Part shown: one piece after another, positions 12,981 through 25,369 of the stretch
Layout of the letters: every line of letters starts with the position of its first letter
How positions within the stretch are numbered: position 1 is the stretch's first letter
NCBI GenBank assembly: GCA_951406725.2
Contig: OX597828.1
Span: 40,734,001-40,798,000 of the forward strand
Source of the DNA: Octopus vulgaris
Lineage: Eukaryota
Reading direction: 5' to 3'
Length of the DNA: 64,000 bases
Program-made: the position numbers and the translations under genes
The notes under the pieces: model-generated
The model's database searches: none
What the model was told of the DNA's origin: nothing
Seen by the model: the letters and a program-made list of their open reading frames with translations, nothing else

Positions 12981-14453
12981 TCAAGAAAGAGTAAACAAAA
13001 CTGAACAAGGCTTAAGCCCTTAAGCAATTTAAATAGGCCATATCAGGCCCAAATATTCCACCTTTTTTTATCCAGCCTCTCACACCTACCATACAATGTC
13101 CTAAAAATAAATGATCACATCATTGAAATCTTGAAATTATGGGATAATGCATGGTTAACTCAAAACAATGTGAATAAATAAGCATTAGATCTGGCAGTGA
13201 TGCTTAAGGGTTAATTCAACCAAACAAAGGCATTAACCAAGCTATCTTAGAGTAATTTTGATGTAGGTAAACATTCTAAATGTTGTCAGGTATTCTGATC
13301 TTGAAAGAATCCCAGAAGAAGAAAAAAAAGAGTATGACGATAACATTTGAACAGGTATCAAACAAACATGGCCATTATCTGTTAGAAATAGTTTACTGCT
13401 TGACTATAGACAGAGCACAAGTTGTGATGCAATCTGGTTATATGATACAAAAAATGTAAGTTTTGGCTTCATGTCAAGAGCAACCGTATCATCTTATAAG
13501 CAAAGGCTGAGAAATTACTTGCACCTCTCACTGTATCACAATTATGTTGTAGCCACTAAGTAAACATGTTGTCTTGGCTGATGAGACGACCTGATTCTTG
13601 CTTCCACCAGTGACTGTTACAACCACACTAACAGGAATGCTGACAGTCACCGAGAAAGCCTCTATACAGTCACTCAACCTGCTAGACTGCTAGAAAGAAC
13701 AGACAAATCACACCCTACAATGGTCTTTGATACACTGTATGAATAAAAGGAGATGACTAAGACCGGATAACCTTTGTCTGCTGATTTGCTCAGTCATGAT
13801 TGAGTTGGGACTAAACAGCAAATGCATGGTGAGTATCGACAAGAAGGGCAACTAAGCTTTGTGTTTGAGCATAATGATGTAAAACAGCATAGCTTTCATA
13901 TCAAAAGGTAATTTACCCAATTGGTAAATAGAAACTTGATAAAATTATGAGACAGGCTGGGATAAGTACTGGGACAATGTGATTGACTAAAAGTGCAAAC
14001 ATAAACATCTCAGGTTCAAATAACACCACACTTAATAACTATGGATCATTTTGATTTATAGCTATTACAAATTGATTTAGGTCACATCCAGTTCTCAATT
14101 GGAATATAAGAACATATATTTGTGTTTCAGTATTACTTTCAAGAATCAAGTAATTAAGAAAAGTATCATTCAAGCAAGCGACTTATGACTAAAGCAGACA
14201 ACATGAACTTTATCTATCCCTCCAACCATCATAATATCTATCTACTTATCTGTGTGTGTGTGTGGGGGGGGGTTGTGGTAGTGCTCTGTTATGGCCTTAA
14301 GCAGATCTTAGACTGCATTACTTAAAGAAGTCAAATGTTCCAAGAGAAAATTGAAAATTCACCATGTGGAGATGCCAGCCAGTTTATTGTGATTCAATCT
14401 TTATGTAAATAAAACTAATTTAACTAATTCAGGACTGTCATTAATATATTTAA

Positions 14454-14672
14454 CTCTTGTGATACCAACCTGCCTGAAACCACCTCTGGCTTTGTAGTAC
14501 AAATGTCTTGTTTTCAAATTTTGAATTAAAATCTTCCATCAAACCTTAATCACAATTTATGTTCCTAACACTAGCTTAATGATAACTAGTTATTTTACTA
14601 AATTCTTCGTTATATTTAAAATTAACTGAAAGAAACACAGAGCATCTCAACAGAAATGTGGTAACAAAAGGG
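14454..14672 (+). mobile_element. piggyBac-type MITE family P2
   Basis: ttaa|ctcttgtgatacca ... tggtaacaaaaggg|ttaa: TTAA on both sides and ~14-bp imperfect TIRs. Related copies lie at ~12370-12586 and 55584-55735. Confidence 0.7.
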
Positions 14673-15008
14673 TTAATAAGGCATAAATGTCACACATATG
14701 CACCACTTCTCCAAATGTTTGAGTGTTTATCAATTAAAATAAAATCAACCAAACTCCAAGGCCAATGAAGAAGACAATGTGGTAACACAACCTGCTAGAA
14801 ATAGTAGCCAAATTTATCTTAAATCACACCCTTTCTGACTTAAAAAAGAGGAAGAGACATGTATCCAAGAAAATTTGGTCCACAATATATGATACCTTAA
14901 ACAAAAATCAGATGATCAGGGTTTGAATACCTGAGAATGTAGCTCAACTCGGTGTTGACCTGAGGCTCAACAGCAACAAATGAAATGTCACACAAAATGA
15001 ATAACTCT

Positions 15009-15112
15009 CTAGTATTCAAACCAACCATATTTAAAACAGTATTCAAACCAGCCATATTTAAACTAGTATTCAAACCAACCATATTTAAAACAGTATTCAA
15101 ACCAGCCATATC
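15009..15112. repeat. Four 27-bp units (two 54-bp dimers) amplified from the 5' end of a P1 MITE
   Basis: agtattcaaaccaaccatatttaaa alternates with agtattcaaaccagccatatttaaa. Confidence 0.9.
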
Positions 15113-15352
15113 TGGCCCAAATTTTCTACCTGTTTTACCTTCAAAAAGCCTTTCACACTTCTCGTACAATGTTATTCTAAAACTAAACAATCACGTCGTT
15201 GAAATCTCAAAGCAACAAGGTAATGTATGACTAATTCAAATCAATGTGAATAAGCAAGTATTGCATTTGACAGAGAAATCTGAATACAAAATGAACAAAA
15301 CAACATTCTGTAGATTAATGATTTGTAGGTACATGGTACTTCATTATGCAAA

Positions 15353-15748
15353 TCTTTATATATAAAAGTGAAGTTGTGTGTCTGTCTCCTACGATTTAGA
15401 TTCCTAACTACTCCCACATTTTGCGGTGCAGTGTAACCAAAACCGGGTATCTTATAGTCGTGATTCATATCGAGCCCTTCTGGGTATTAGCACGCGTCTA
15501 CGATGAGTCTACGATTTTAAAAAAAATTTACCATCATTTTTTCCCATTTTTAATGCATTTTTTTTGCTATTATATAAGGGAAGTAACTCTCTAAAAATTT
15601 ATTAAATCTCAGAACGTAAAAAGCTACAGTAACACCCCCCCCCTTTGTGGTTAGCCATATTGAGATGGCTATTATACTTTACATCTCTAAAAATGCTTAT
15701 ATAGTTATTTCCCTTACAAACCCGAGCAACGCTGGGCGATACTGCTAG
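15353..15748 (+). mobile_element. Non-autonomous Helitron, complete (396 bp)
   Basis: Starts TC after host A (a|tctttatatataaaag) and ends CTAG before host T. A subterminal hairpin cccgagc-aac-gctggg lies ~10 nt before the end. No TSD. CpG-rich, which suggests it is young. Confidence 0.88.
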
Positions 15749-18700
15749 TATAATATATTATAAAGTATAATAAATGTTTCTATAAGTCGATATCACATCC
15801 TAGAGAACAACAAAATTCTCTAGATTCATCAAGTGGTTCTATCTCCTTGCTTGACTTCGTTCAAGTAGCTCGGTCTATGTCACTGTCCTCACTTCCTCAA
15901 TTCTAATAATACCAGTTCCTTGCTATGTGAAGCTATGCACTCCCTAACTGCTCGATCTGACGTATTGGTAGTATCACAACTTCGTGTTATTGTCTATTTA
16001 CTCAAAGAACACATTTCTTCAACAAAGAGTTTGCTTGAAACATAAAACTTCTTCCACACCTTCCTCACAGCAAACCAATTTATTGTTATTCCACTTGGAA
16101 CTGTTTACACATGTTAATTGCTGATACAGACCATTACTAGTTTCCTCGCAGCCTACTGTCTATTTTATTATAACTTAGCTTCACTGTCAACATATGTCAA
16201 GCATTAACAGTATTTATAATGAAATGTTAGGAATTGAAAATTTATTTAATTACTTTAAATACATTCATTAAATCATTATTTCATTACTTCTGCACATGTC
16301 ACAATTACATGCGTTTTTTGTTGACTAGCTAAACAGTATTTTAAAAACCATTTTAAAATAACTAGCCTCTCTTTCTTTCACAGAAACTTTCAAGGCTTAT
16401 GAGACTAATTACGTACAACCATCAGTGACTAGAGACAAGCAGGAAGAAAGTTGGTGTGCAGGAAAATGATAAGACCTACTTCAAGCACAAAGTAACCAAT
16501 CTAAGTTGAAAGGATCGTGAAGTCAAGAGGAAGAAATGAAACTAATAAAGAATGTCTAAATCCTTATCACATATATTCAGAAATTTAACTTTGAGTATTT
16601 TTTCCAGACGTTTCAGTTATAATTCTGTAAATACAAGAAAATAAATTCCTTAAAAAAAAAAAACCAAAAAAAAAAAAACCACACACACAGATATGTAAGT
16701 CAAAATTTGTAGGATTGGTGACATGGGAAGTTGTGACAGCCGTGTCTTTTTCAACACATCTAAAAACATAGTGATGTATGTGAAATGGAAGGATTTCAAC
16801 CAAAACAGAGGATTTGGTCACCAAGACCTGCTCTACAGATCTCATCAAAAAGAAGGTAACTCATATAGTTATCACTGTTGTTGTTATGTATCGCATACTT
16901 TTGCAACTCATTGCTGACCCTAAAATAAAAATTTTCCCAATTGGGCGTGAATTCTCCCATCAGATGAAGCCATTACGTTACTTTGTTCTGTGTTTTCTTG
17001 GCAGAGATATTGGGGTGGTTTGCATTAGTTTTCCCCACCTGGATTACTTTTGGTGCACAAGAAGCTTATCCACCCTTCAACAGGTCTGTCTTATGGGGTT
17101 AATCATTCAACAAAAAATTCCACAAGGTGATGCACCAGTATGGCTGCTATCTAATGACTGAAACAAGTAAAAGATAAACTAAACATAATTGGAAGATAGT
17201 CACGAGAATTACTCTACAAATTCTGAATTACCTTAACAATCAAGGGCAAGAGCCCTCTCCCAGTTGTGGCCAACAGCCAATGATTTCTCTACACAAGTAC
17301 TACAAGGCCACAAATTTCATGGAGAAGTGTAATTGATCAACATATCTGCTGTTTTTGACAAGCATTTATTTGGTTGATCCTAGAAAGCTGAAAGGAAGTC
17401 AACTTTAATATTGTTGCAGAGATAACACTATTGTCCATTTTCCATGCTGGCATGGGTTGGATGGTTTGACAGGAGCTGGCAAGGCCAGGAGCCACACCAG
17501 ACTCCAAACGTCCGTTTTGGTACAGTTTCAACAGCTGGATGCTCTTCCTAACACCAACCACTTTACAAAGTGTATTGGGTGCTTTTTAAATCAGCCCTGA
17601 TGCTTTTTATGTGAGATTATTGATTATATCAACCCCTTTTGTATTTTTATTTTATTTTACCAACCCAGGAAGGATGGAACCCGAAGTTGGCCAAAGAAGG
17701 ATTCAAAATCAGAATATAAAGAGGAATAACTAAGCATTAGACTGCAAACAGTCCACTGCTTAACTGATTCTATCCAGTCCACCACTTTTAAATACTAATA
17801 AGATTAATAAGAAATAACAACAATAATACCTTCTTTCTCATTTTGGCACAAGGCCAGCAATTTTAGGGAAAGAAGGTGGTTAGTAGATTAAATCAACCCC
17901 AGTACTTGATTGGTACTTTACTTTATCAACCCTGTAAAGATGGAAGGCAAAGTTGACATCAGTGGGATTTGAACTCAGAATGTAAAGAACCAGAAGTGCC
18001 ACTGAGCGTTTTGTGCAATGTGCCAAAAATTCTGCTAGCTTACTGCAGCAACAAGTGATTTGTCACATTGGCAAAAGGCCACTGATTCAGAGCAGATAAT
18101 GATGTTTACATATGTTTTGTTATACCCACCCCCTCCTCCTCAGCCTCATCATCATTTTAATATCCACTTTTCCATGCTTGCATGGGTTGGACAGAATTTG
18201 AAAAGGAAGATTTTTCTACAGCCAGGTGCTCTTCCTGTCATCAATCCTCACTTGTTTATAAGCAGGGTAAGAACACAGCTAACATGATGGTGATGCTCAT
18301 TTAGGTTAGGAGACAATAATACACACACATAGAGGCTTCTTTCAGTTTCTGTATACCAAATCCATTCACAATGCTTTGGTTGGCCTGAGACTATTGTAGA
18401 AGACAGATGGCCAAGGTGCCATGTAGTGGGATTGAACCAAGAACCATGTGTTTGGTAAGCAAACTTTTTAGCACACAATACCACCTATCATACACACACA
18501 ATATGATGCTTTGTTTATATCTTAAAACCTTTTTTTTACTATGTAGAAACCCACTTGTACACACCTGCTCTTGTATGATTCTATTAGGTCAATATCACAC
18601 CTGCTCACACCTACGCACTATTATGTGAGTACTATCTGAATTACTACCTCCAAACTCTTCTACTCACTCACACCCCTAATTCCTTGAGTACAACTCATAG

Positions 18701-19179
18701 CTCAACACCCTCTCCTCTGTAACAAAAAAAAATAACAAAAAACAACCCACCTGGCCCTTCCTACTTTTATTATTCACTTTGCAGTTTCTGTAAAAATTTT
18801 TTTTTTTTTTGTTCTCTGACATTTCTTTTTAACTCTTCCCTACCTATCTATCTAACTTAACAAAAGACAAATTATAGAAAACATATCTTGAATCTTGATA
18901 TTATTTTCCTTTTCATTCACTGCAACACAACCACTTTGTACTAGGTTTTTTTTTTAAGAATTTTTTTTTTTTTTGGCTCTCCATTCAGTTATGCTGACAA
19001 AATGCTTTCTGGATTAAACTACCATGCTGACATAGATTAAAACCCCCTAGGATAACATAGATACTGGATTTCGTATAAACAATGTCAGCACTCATTTGCA
19101 TTTCATTTCAGAGAAAATAACAGGCTTCCTATTATGCTATGAATAGTACATGAAGCAGGAAATTTGTGTGAGTGTGTGT

Positions 19180-19505
19180 TTCAATCAGCCCCCTCTCACT
19201 TTCTCTGTAGTATCAAATGTATCTCTATGCTGCATCACTTGTATTTTTCTGCTTAGCTTCAAGTGAGTCTGACACGCACCCAATCTCACCTCTTCCACAA
19301 CAAATCTATTTAATGTCACCAAAAGCCACACCCAGTTCTCTCATCATGCAAATTGTCCCATCCCACACCCAACATACTAACGACTATTTTGCCAAATCTT
19401 TTTCTCTGTGGAACATCACCAGCTTGGAATTCCTTCCTTGTTCAGGTTTTTCCCAGTAGATGTCAATTTACAAACGTCAAGGCAGAACGTTAGCCACACA
19501 CAACT
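19180..19505 (+). pseudogene. Decayed CR1/Jockey-group LINE ORF2 C-terminal fragment
   Basis: Frameshifted similarity to ...T..Y..SFF..T...WN.LP..VFP...NL..FK..V (here TNDYFAKSF / AWNSFLVQVFPVDVNLQTSRQNV). Confidence 0.55.
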
Positions 19506-19584
19506 CACCAGTCCTGAAACAGCAACAAAATTCTGGGAACTGCTGCCTCGTCTTTCGTCATAATAAAGTTAATGAGTTAATTAA

Positions 19585-19805
19585 CCCTTTAGCATTCAGA
19601 TTATTCTGTCAAATGCTATAAATATTTATTCATATTCTTTTGAGTTAATCCTGCATTATTTTATAGCTTCGAGATTTTGATGATGCGATTGTTTATTTTA
19701 AGAATGACATTGTCAGAAAGGTGTGAGAGGTTGGATCTGACTAATTGTAACATAAAAAGGGATAGAATATTTGGGCCAGAAAGGGCTAGTTTAAATGCTA
19801 AAGGG
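19585..19805 (-). mobile_element. piggyBac-type MITE family P1, best-preserved copy
   Basis: ttaa|ccctttagcatt ... aatgctaaaggg|tcaa: 12-bp perfect TIR starting CCC, at a TTAA target. Confidence 0.75.
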
Positions 19806-20105
19806 TCAATAAGTAAACAGTTGATGCATCAAAGTGATGCATCTCTTCCTTAGGTTAAGTAATAAAACAATGTCATGTGGCTGTCTCTCTACTACAAGCC
19901 ATGTAGTAGACCAATGCCACATGTTTGTACCACCACCTTCAGTCTAACAATGCTACATGTCTTCTCTTCAACTTCACCAGACTAACTATTGTTATCACAT
20001 GACTCAACTCACCCCAGAGTAAGCAATGTCATGTGACTGTCTATCCACCCATCACGTGACCGTTAAGTTTTCATCCCCAGCCTAACCAAAATCACATGGA
20101 TCTCG

Positions 20106-20133
<28 letters not shown>

Positions 20134-20136
<3 letters not shown>

Positions 20137-20415
20137 GTAAGACAACAGAAGAGAGAAAGAGACCTCGATATTATGTAAATAGAGGAATTTATCTGTAAAT
20201 GTAATATGTGACAATTATTCGGTAGCCATGATAAAACTCCAAGTTTTGGATGTCAGGGTGGAAATCCATGCTGCCATCTCTTCAGTTATCCGGCCATCGG
20301 AAAAATGCCTTTTTTCTGAAGGCCAGATAACTGAAGAGATGGCAGTGTGGATTTCCACCCTGACAACTGAAACTCCCAGTTTTATCATGGCTACCGAATA
20401 ATTGTCACATATTAC

Positions 20416-20420
<5 letters not shown>
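20134..20420. mobile_element. Fold-back (110-bp inverted arms) Penelope-like terminal fragment in a (TA)n tract
   Basis: 20196-20305 is the reverse complement of 20311-20420 with few mismatches. Each arm carries a hammerhead-like motif. Confidence 0.75.
20326..20386 (+). ncRNA. Putative minimal type-I hammerhead ribozyme
   Basis: GAUAA-CUGAAGA-[stem II GAUGGCAGUGUGG auuu CCACCCUGACAAC u]-GAAA-C ucccA G-UU-UUAUC. Stem I GAUAA/UUAUC pairs perfectly and the cleavage triplet is GUU. Confidence 0.6.
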
Positions 20421-20469
<49 letters not shown>

Positions 20470-21429
20470 CATATATACACATCTAACAAATATATCATAT
20501 CATCACTGTTTGACTGTGAATTCTTCTTTGGGTCTGCAAAAATGGTTTATTCCTGACAGCTAATGTTACCCTTGTTATCAGTGAAATCTGTCAATTTCTG
20601 ATTCCCAATCCTTCTAACCTCCTAACTTGCACGTAAATCCTGGCTGTTCTGTAACCTAAATATCTGCTACTACAGGATCAGTTAGTCACCAATAATAACA
20701 ACAACAACCGCAAAGGACAACAACAGCAAAGCATAGCACTCAGTACTTGATAAATATGACAGTGATGACTTATAAACAAACAGAGAGTGTATGGGAGAGA
20801 GGGAGAGAGAGAGAGAATATAAACAAAACAGAAATTGTACAGGAAGTATGATAATTGGAGAGAGGTAAAAGAGGACAAGGAGGGGGAGGAGGAGAGAGAG
20901 CCAGACAAACGTGAGGGAAAGATACTGAGAAAAAAGAAGAAAGAAAAAGAGGAAGAGATGTGAAGGAGAGACAGAAAGAGAAAATAAGGAAAGGAATGAA
21001 GGATGGAAAGAGAAGTGGTTAGAAATACATCAAAAGAATGAAAGTATGAATGGTGGTGGTGGTGTTATTATGACCTATGACCATAGCCATTCCAGCCATG
21101 ACAATCCTGTTTTTCTTTCTGGAGCAAGTGTATCAAGTATGTTATTTTTTAAGAGACTGTGATTCCAAAAAGGATTGGCTTCCGCTTCCAGCAGGTCAGG
21201 TGGGCCTGCAGGGCTCACAGTAACCCTGTTAGTATGTGTGGAGGTGTTTGCTGTTGGTGTTAATATTTGGTTGGTAAACCTGTTATATATATATATATAC
21301 CAGATCACATCCAAGTATTTCATGGAAGAGTAGTTCATATTCCAGTAAAGTTATCTCATGATAAAACCCTAACTGCTACTTCCTCTCAGTTTCCCCACAT
21401 TTTTCTGGGAAAGTTACTCTCAATAGACT

Positions 21430-21618
21430 AGCAACCTCTCCCAGAGACCCAAGTAAAATGCCCAATGGCATTTCTTCTGAGTTCAAATGGCACTGAGGTC
21501 AACTTTACCTTTCATCCTTTCGGTGTCGATAAAATAAATACCAGTTGAGCACTGCAGTTCAATGTAATCAATTTTCCCATCCCTCAAAATTATTGGCCCT
21601 TAGCCAAAATGAGAAAGG

Positions 21619-21650
<32 letters not shown>

Positions 21651-22449
21651 GGGCAGTGAATTGGTAGACTCATAAGAGCATCAGACAAAATACATTGCAG
21701 TAATTGTTCTGGCTCTCTAATGTTCTGAGATCAAATCCCGCCTATGCCAACTTCACCTTTCATTCCTCCAAAGTCAATAAAATTAAAGTTCCGGTCAAGT
21801 ATTGGGATTGATTTAATCAACTATTCCAAATGTTAGGACCAAATTACTGCTGCTGCTGCAGCAGCAGTAACCGCCACAGCCACCACCACCACTACTACTA
21901 CAAAGGCAGCAAGCTGGCAAAATTGCTAGCGTGTTAGAAAAAAATACCTTGCCACATGTTATGATTCTTTACATCGTGAGTTCAAATCCTGCTAAGAACA
22001 ACTTTGCCTTACACTCTTTTTGAGGTCAATAAAATAAAGTACCAATCAAGAAATGAGATCGAAGGTACTAACACCCACCCCTCAAAATTGCTGACCTTTC
22101 GTCTAAATTAGAAACAATTATTATAATTAACACCTTGGTGAGGTTTGATCTCAAGATGTTGAGCCTCACAGAGATGACAAAGGACTGGGATGTATAGCAA
22201 TATGAAATTTTCAAGAGGGCCTGTGCACCTCAGTAAAACTGAGTTCTGGAAGTGTTGTATAGTGTTCAACACTCACATTACATTGACTCACTACCACACA
22301 CTGAACCAAACTCAGGGGGCAGTAAATTATGAACCAGTGAAATACTGGCCTTGTACCCATAGTACAGTGGTTCCCAACCTGTGGTCTGCAAAGATAGTAC
22401 TGGGGGTCCGTGAACTAAATTTAAAATTACACACACACACACATATATA

Positions 22450-22483
<34 letters not shown>

Positions 22484-22570
22484 GGTAAGCATATTAAGAA
22501 ACTCATTTAAATAAAAGGTGAAAAGGGTCCTTGGTAGTGAAAAGATTAGGAACCACTTATTATAGAAAGG

Positions 22571-22605
<35 letters not shown>

Positions 22606-23100
22606 GGCAGTGATGTGACAGAATCATTAACAGGCTTCGCAGCATTTTTCCAGCTCCACTTTCTGAGTTCAAACACCGCCAAGGTCAACTTTGGCCTTCA
22701 TCCTTCTAGTCTCAATACAATAAGTACCAGTAAAGCACGGAGGTTGGTGAAATTGACTAACCCTGCCCTTTAAAAATTTAATGGCTTTTGTCTGTAGAAG
22801 AAAGAATTGTAGTAGTAGTAGTAGTAGTGGTGGTGGTGGTGGTGGTAGTAAGGTAGTGAACAAGCAGAACCATTAGCGCACTGGAAAAAGTGCTTAGTGG
22901 CAATTCTTCCAGCTTTAAATTCCAAGTCTAAATGCCACCAAAGTTGACTTTGCCTTTTATCCTTTCAGGGTCAATAAAATAAGTCCCAGCTGAGCACTGG
23001 GGATGATGTAGTAGACTAGACCTCTCCCCTAAAATGTCAGGCCTTAGGCCTACAGTAGAAAGAATTATTATTATTAGTAGTAGTAGTAGTAGTGGTGGTG
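21430..23100 (+). mobile_element. Cluster of five head-to-tail family-B (Nin-like) SINEs with trinucleotide tails
   Basis: gagttcaaa...actt.gcctt.(c)atcc...ataaa.taag.acca recurs at ~21480, 21730, 21980, 22665 and 22925, mostly separated by (TTA)n, (CTA)n or (GTA)n tracts. Confidence 0.75.
22365..22558. mobile_element. hAT (Charlie-like) MITE
   Basis: TIRs cagtggttcccaacct / agattaggaaccactt, with a subterminal gggggtccg motif. Confidence 0.65.
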
Positions 23101-23534
23101 GTGGTCCATCATCAGAGATTGTCTTGATTTCCTTGTGCAACATTCCTACATAAAACATCTGCTAATCCACTCACTGATGCCTTTATGGGAGGAAACATTT
23201 ACACTCCATAATGTAAAAATCAGATTGAATTTCTTACTTTTTATTTTTACTGCGACATGAATGAATTACAAGTGATAAGCATCTACTGTCAACAAATCTG
23301 CACGTTTTACAACGAAGTCCCTTGAATGAACACTCAACTTGCTAAAAACAACAGTTAAAACTCTCTCAAATCCCATCTAACTGCCATAAAGACGCACATT
23401 GGATAATGCAGTTCATACATATTATACACAGTCAAAGAAAAGAACATGATATTCATAACTGACACACTTTTGATCCTATGTCGCTATTTACTTGACGTGA
23501 GTTATCCTGGGGCTAAACAATAACAGTAACATTA

Positions 23535-24135
23535 CTCTTTTACTCTATTTGTTTCAATGAATTGAGTGTGGCCATGCTGGAGCACAGCCTTTAGTTGAAC
23601 AAATCAATGCCAGGACTTATTCTTTGTAAACTTAGTACTTATTCTATTAGTCTCTTTTGCCGAACCACTAAGTTACGGGGAATGTAAACACACTAGCATC
23701 GGTTGTCAAATGATGGTAGGGGGACAAACACAGACACACACACACATATATATATATATAGCGGAGTAAGCACATAAATGTGAAACAAGGTGGTAAAAAG
23801 AGTACTCAAATACCAGAGGTAGAGTAATATGCTTTATTTAAAAGCACCAAAATATAATAAAAGCTATTACTCAGAGTTTCACGTTCCCAATTAACAAGAA
23901 CGTGAAACTCTGAGTAACAGCTTTTGCTATATTTCTGCTGCTTTTAAATAAAGCATATATATATATATATATATGCATTGGGCTTCTTTCAGTTTCTGTC
24001 TACCAAACCCACTCACAAGGCTTTGGTCAGCCTAAGGCTATAGTAGAAGACACTTGCCCAAGGTGCCATGCAGTGGGACTGAACCAGGAACCATGTGGTT
24101 GGTAAGCAAGCTACTTACCACACACCCACTCTGTG
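23535..24135 (-). mobile_element. Family-A SINE interrupted in its central (TA)n by a fold-back element
   Basis: The tail (23535-23745) and head (23975-24135) match 43648-44070. The insert spans 23761-23958. Confidence 0.85.
23761..23958. mobile_element. Fold-back Penelope-like terminal fragment with hammerhead 3' halves
   Basis: 60-bp inverted arms at 23827-23886 and 23898-23957. Each arm reads GAACGU-GAAA-C-UCUGA-G-UA-A(C/U)AGCU. Confidence 0.7.
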
Positions 24136-24925
24136 TTTTTTTTTTTTTTTAAACATGTCAAATAATTTCAGGGCAGTGCATGATACTTGTCAGAGAAAAT
24201 ATACATTTCCCTGTAAAAACTAAAAATGAAATCTGAATCAAACACACAAATAATAATAGCAGTAAAATATTTAAAATGGATGTTTTTTTTGGTTTTTTCC
24301 CCCCCTTCTCCTTGTAAGCCTAATAATAATGGTTTCTTTGTCATTCGCATGAAAGATTTAAATCTCAGCCAGAATCAACTGACATCATTGCTTTTGCAAA
24401 AGGAATTGTTTTCTTCATGGAATGCCTTAAGGGGGAAGAGGGGAGAACGAAGGGGTGACGAGGAGAAAGAAAGAACCACTAAAAAAAAGTACATAGCAAT
24501 CAATAATGACACAAAAGCCTTTTAGGTTAAAATGTGACACTCTTTATCATTATTGGTTGTTTCATAGGATCCTTTATCATCCAAGATTAAATATAAATTT
24601 ACCTCTTTTAAAGAAAGAAAGAAAAAGGATCATGTATCTCACAGTCAAGTGAGGTTGTTTATCTAAGAAAAACACAACAGATGCAGTGATGTTTCATTTA
24701 TTTTTTATCTTTCACTGGTTTCAGTTGTCAGACTGTGGTCATGCTGGGGCACTGCTTTGAAGAATTTTTAGCCAGTACTTGTTTGTTTGATTTTTAAGCC
24801 AAATCTCTAAGTTACAGGGATGTAAACACACCAACACCAGTTGTCAGGCAGTGATAGGGCACAAACATAAACACACACACATGAAAATGAGATGACAAAG
24901 GAATAAATGATTATGAACTTCATTA

Positions 24926-24991
24926 GCTTACAGCTGTTTCAGCAAAAAGATGCAGTGGACTCATAGTAACACCTTATAGCTTCATCAGAGC
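24926..24991 (-). ncRNA. Putative minimal type-I hammerhead ribozyme (Penelope-type) with intact core
   Basis: GCU-CUGAUGA-AGC-[loop]-GCU-GAAA-C-AGCU-G-UA-AGC. Canonical core, GUA triplet and palindromic AGCU loop III. It lies between ~29-bp inverted repeats at 24885-24913 and 25035-25063. Confidence 0.7.
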
Positions 24992-25369
24992 ATCAAATAT
25001 GAAATGCAACTCATTTGGGAAAAGAATTACATTTAATTGTTTATTCCTTTGTCATATCATTTTTTATTATTACAGCTCTGTATCTGACAAATGCTCTATT
25101 CTGAAGGATATGTATATTGAGTTCTACACCAAGTTATTGGTCCTGTAATGCCAAAGTATGTGTGTGTGTGTGTGTGTGTGTGCGTATATATATATATATA
25201 GAGAGAGAAATTCAGATGAGTATGGTACTCAAGTTGAGGCACCAGAATTTAGTATGGTATTAACCATACAATTTAAAATAAGGTGATTAAAATTCTAATC
25301 ACCTTTTATATATATAAAGTACAGTAAACTTTAAAAGTACTCTTGACACTATTCTATATTCTTGAGATG

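Noticed and set aside
24187-24210. Minus-strand acceptor followed by MYIFSDK
   Set aside because: The available GT gives phase 2, which is out of frame with the exon at 159.
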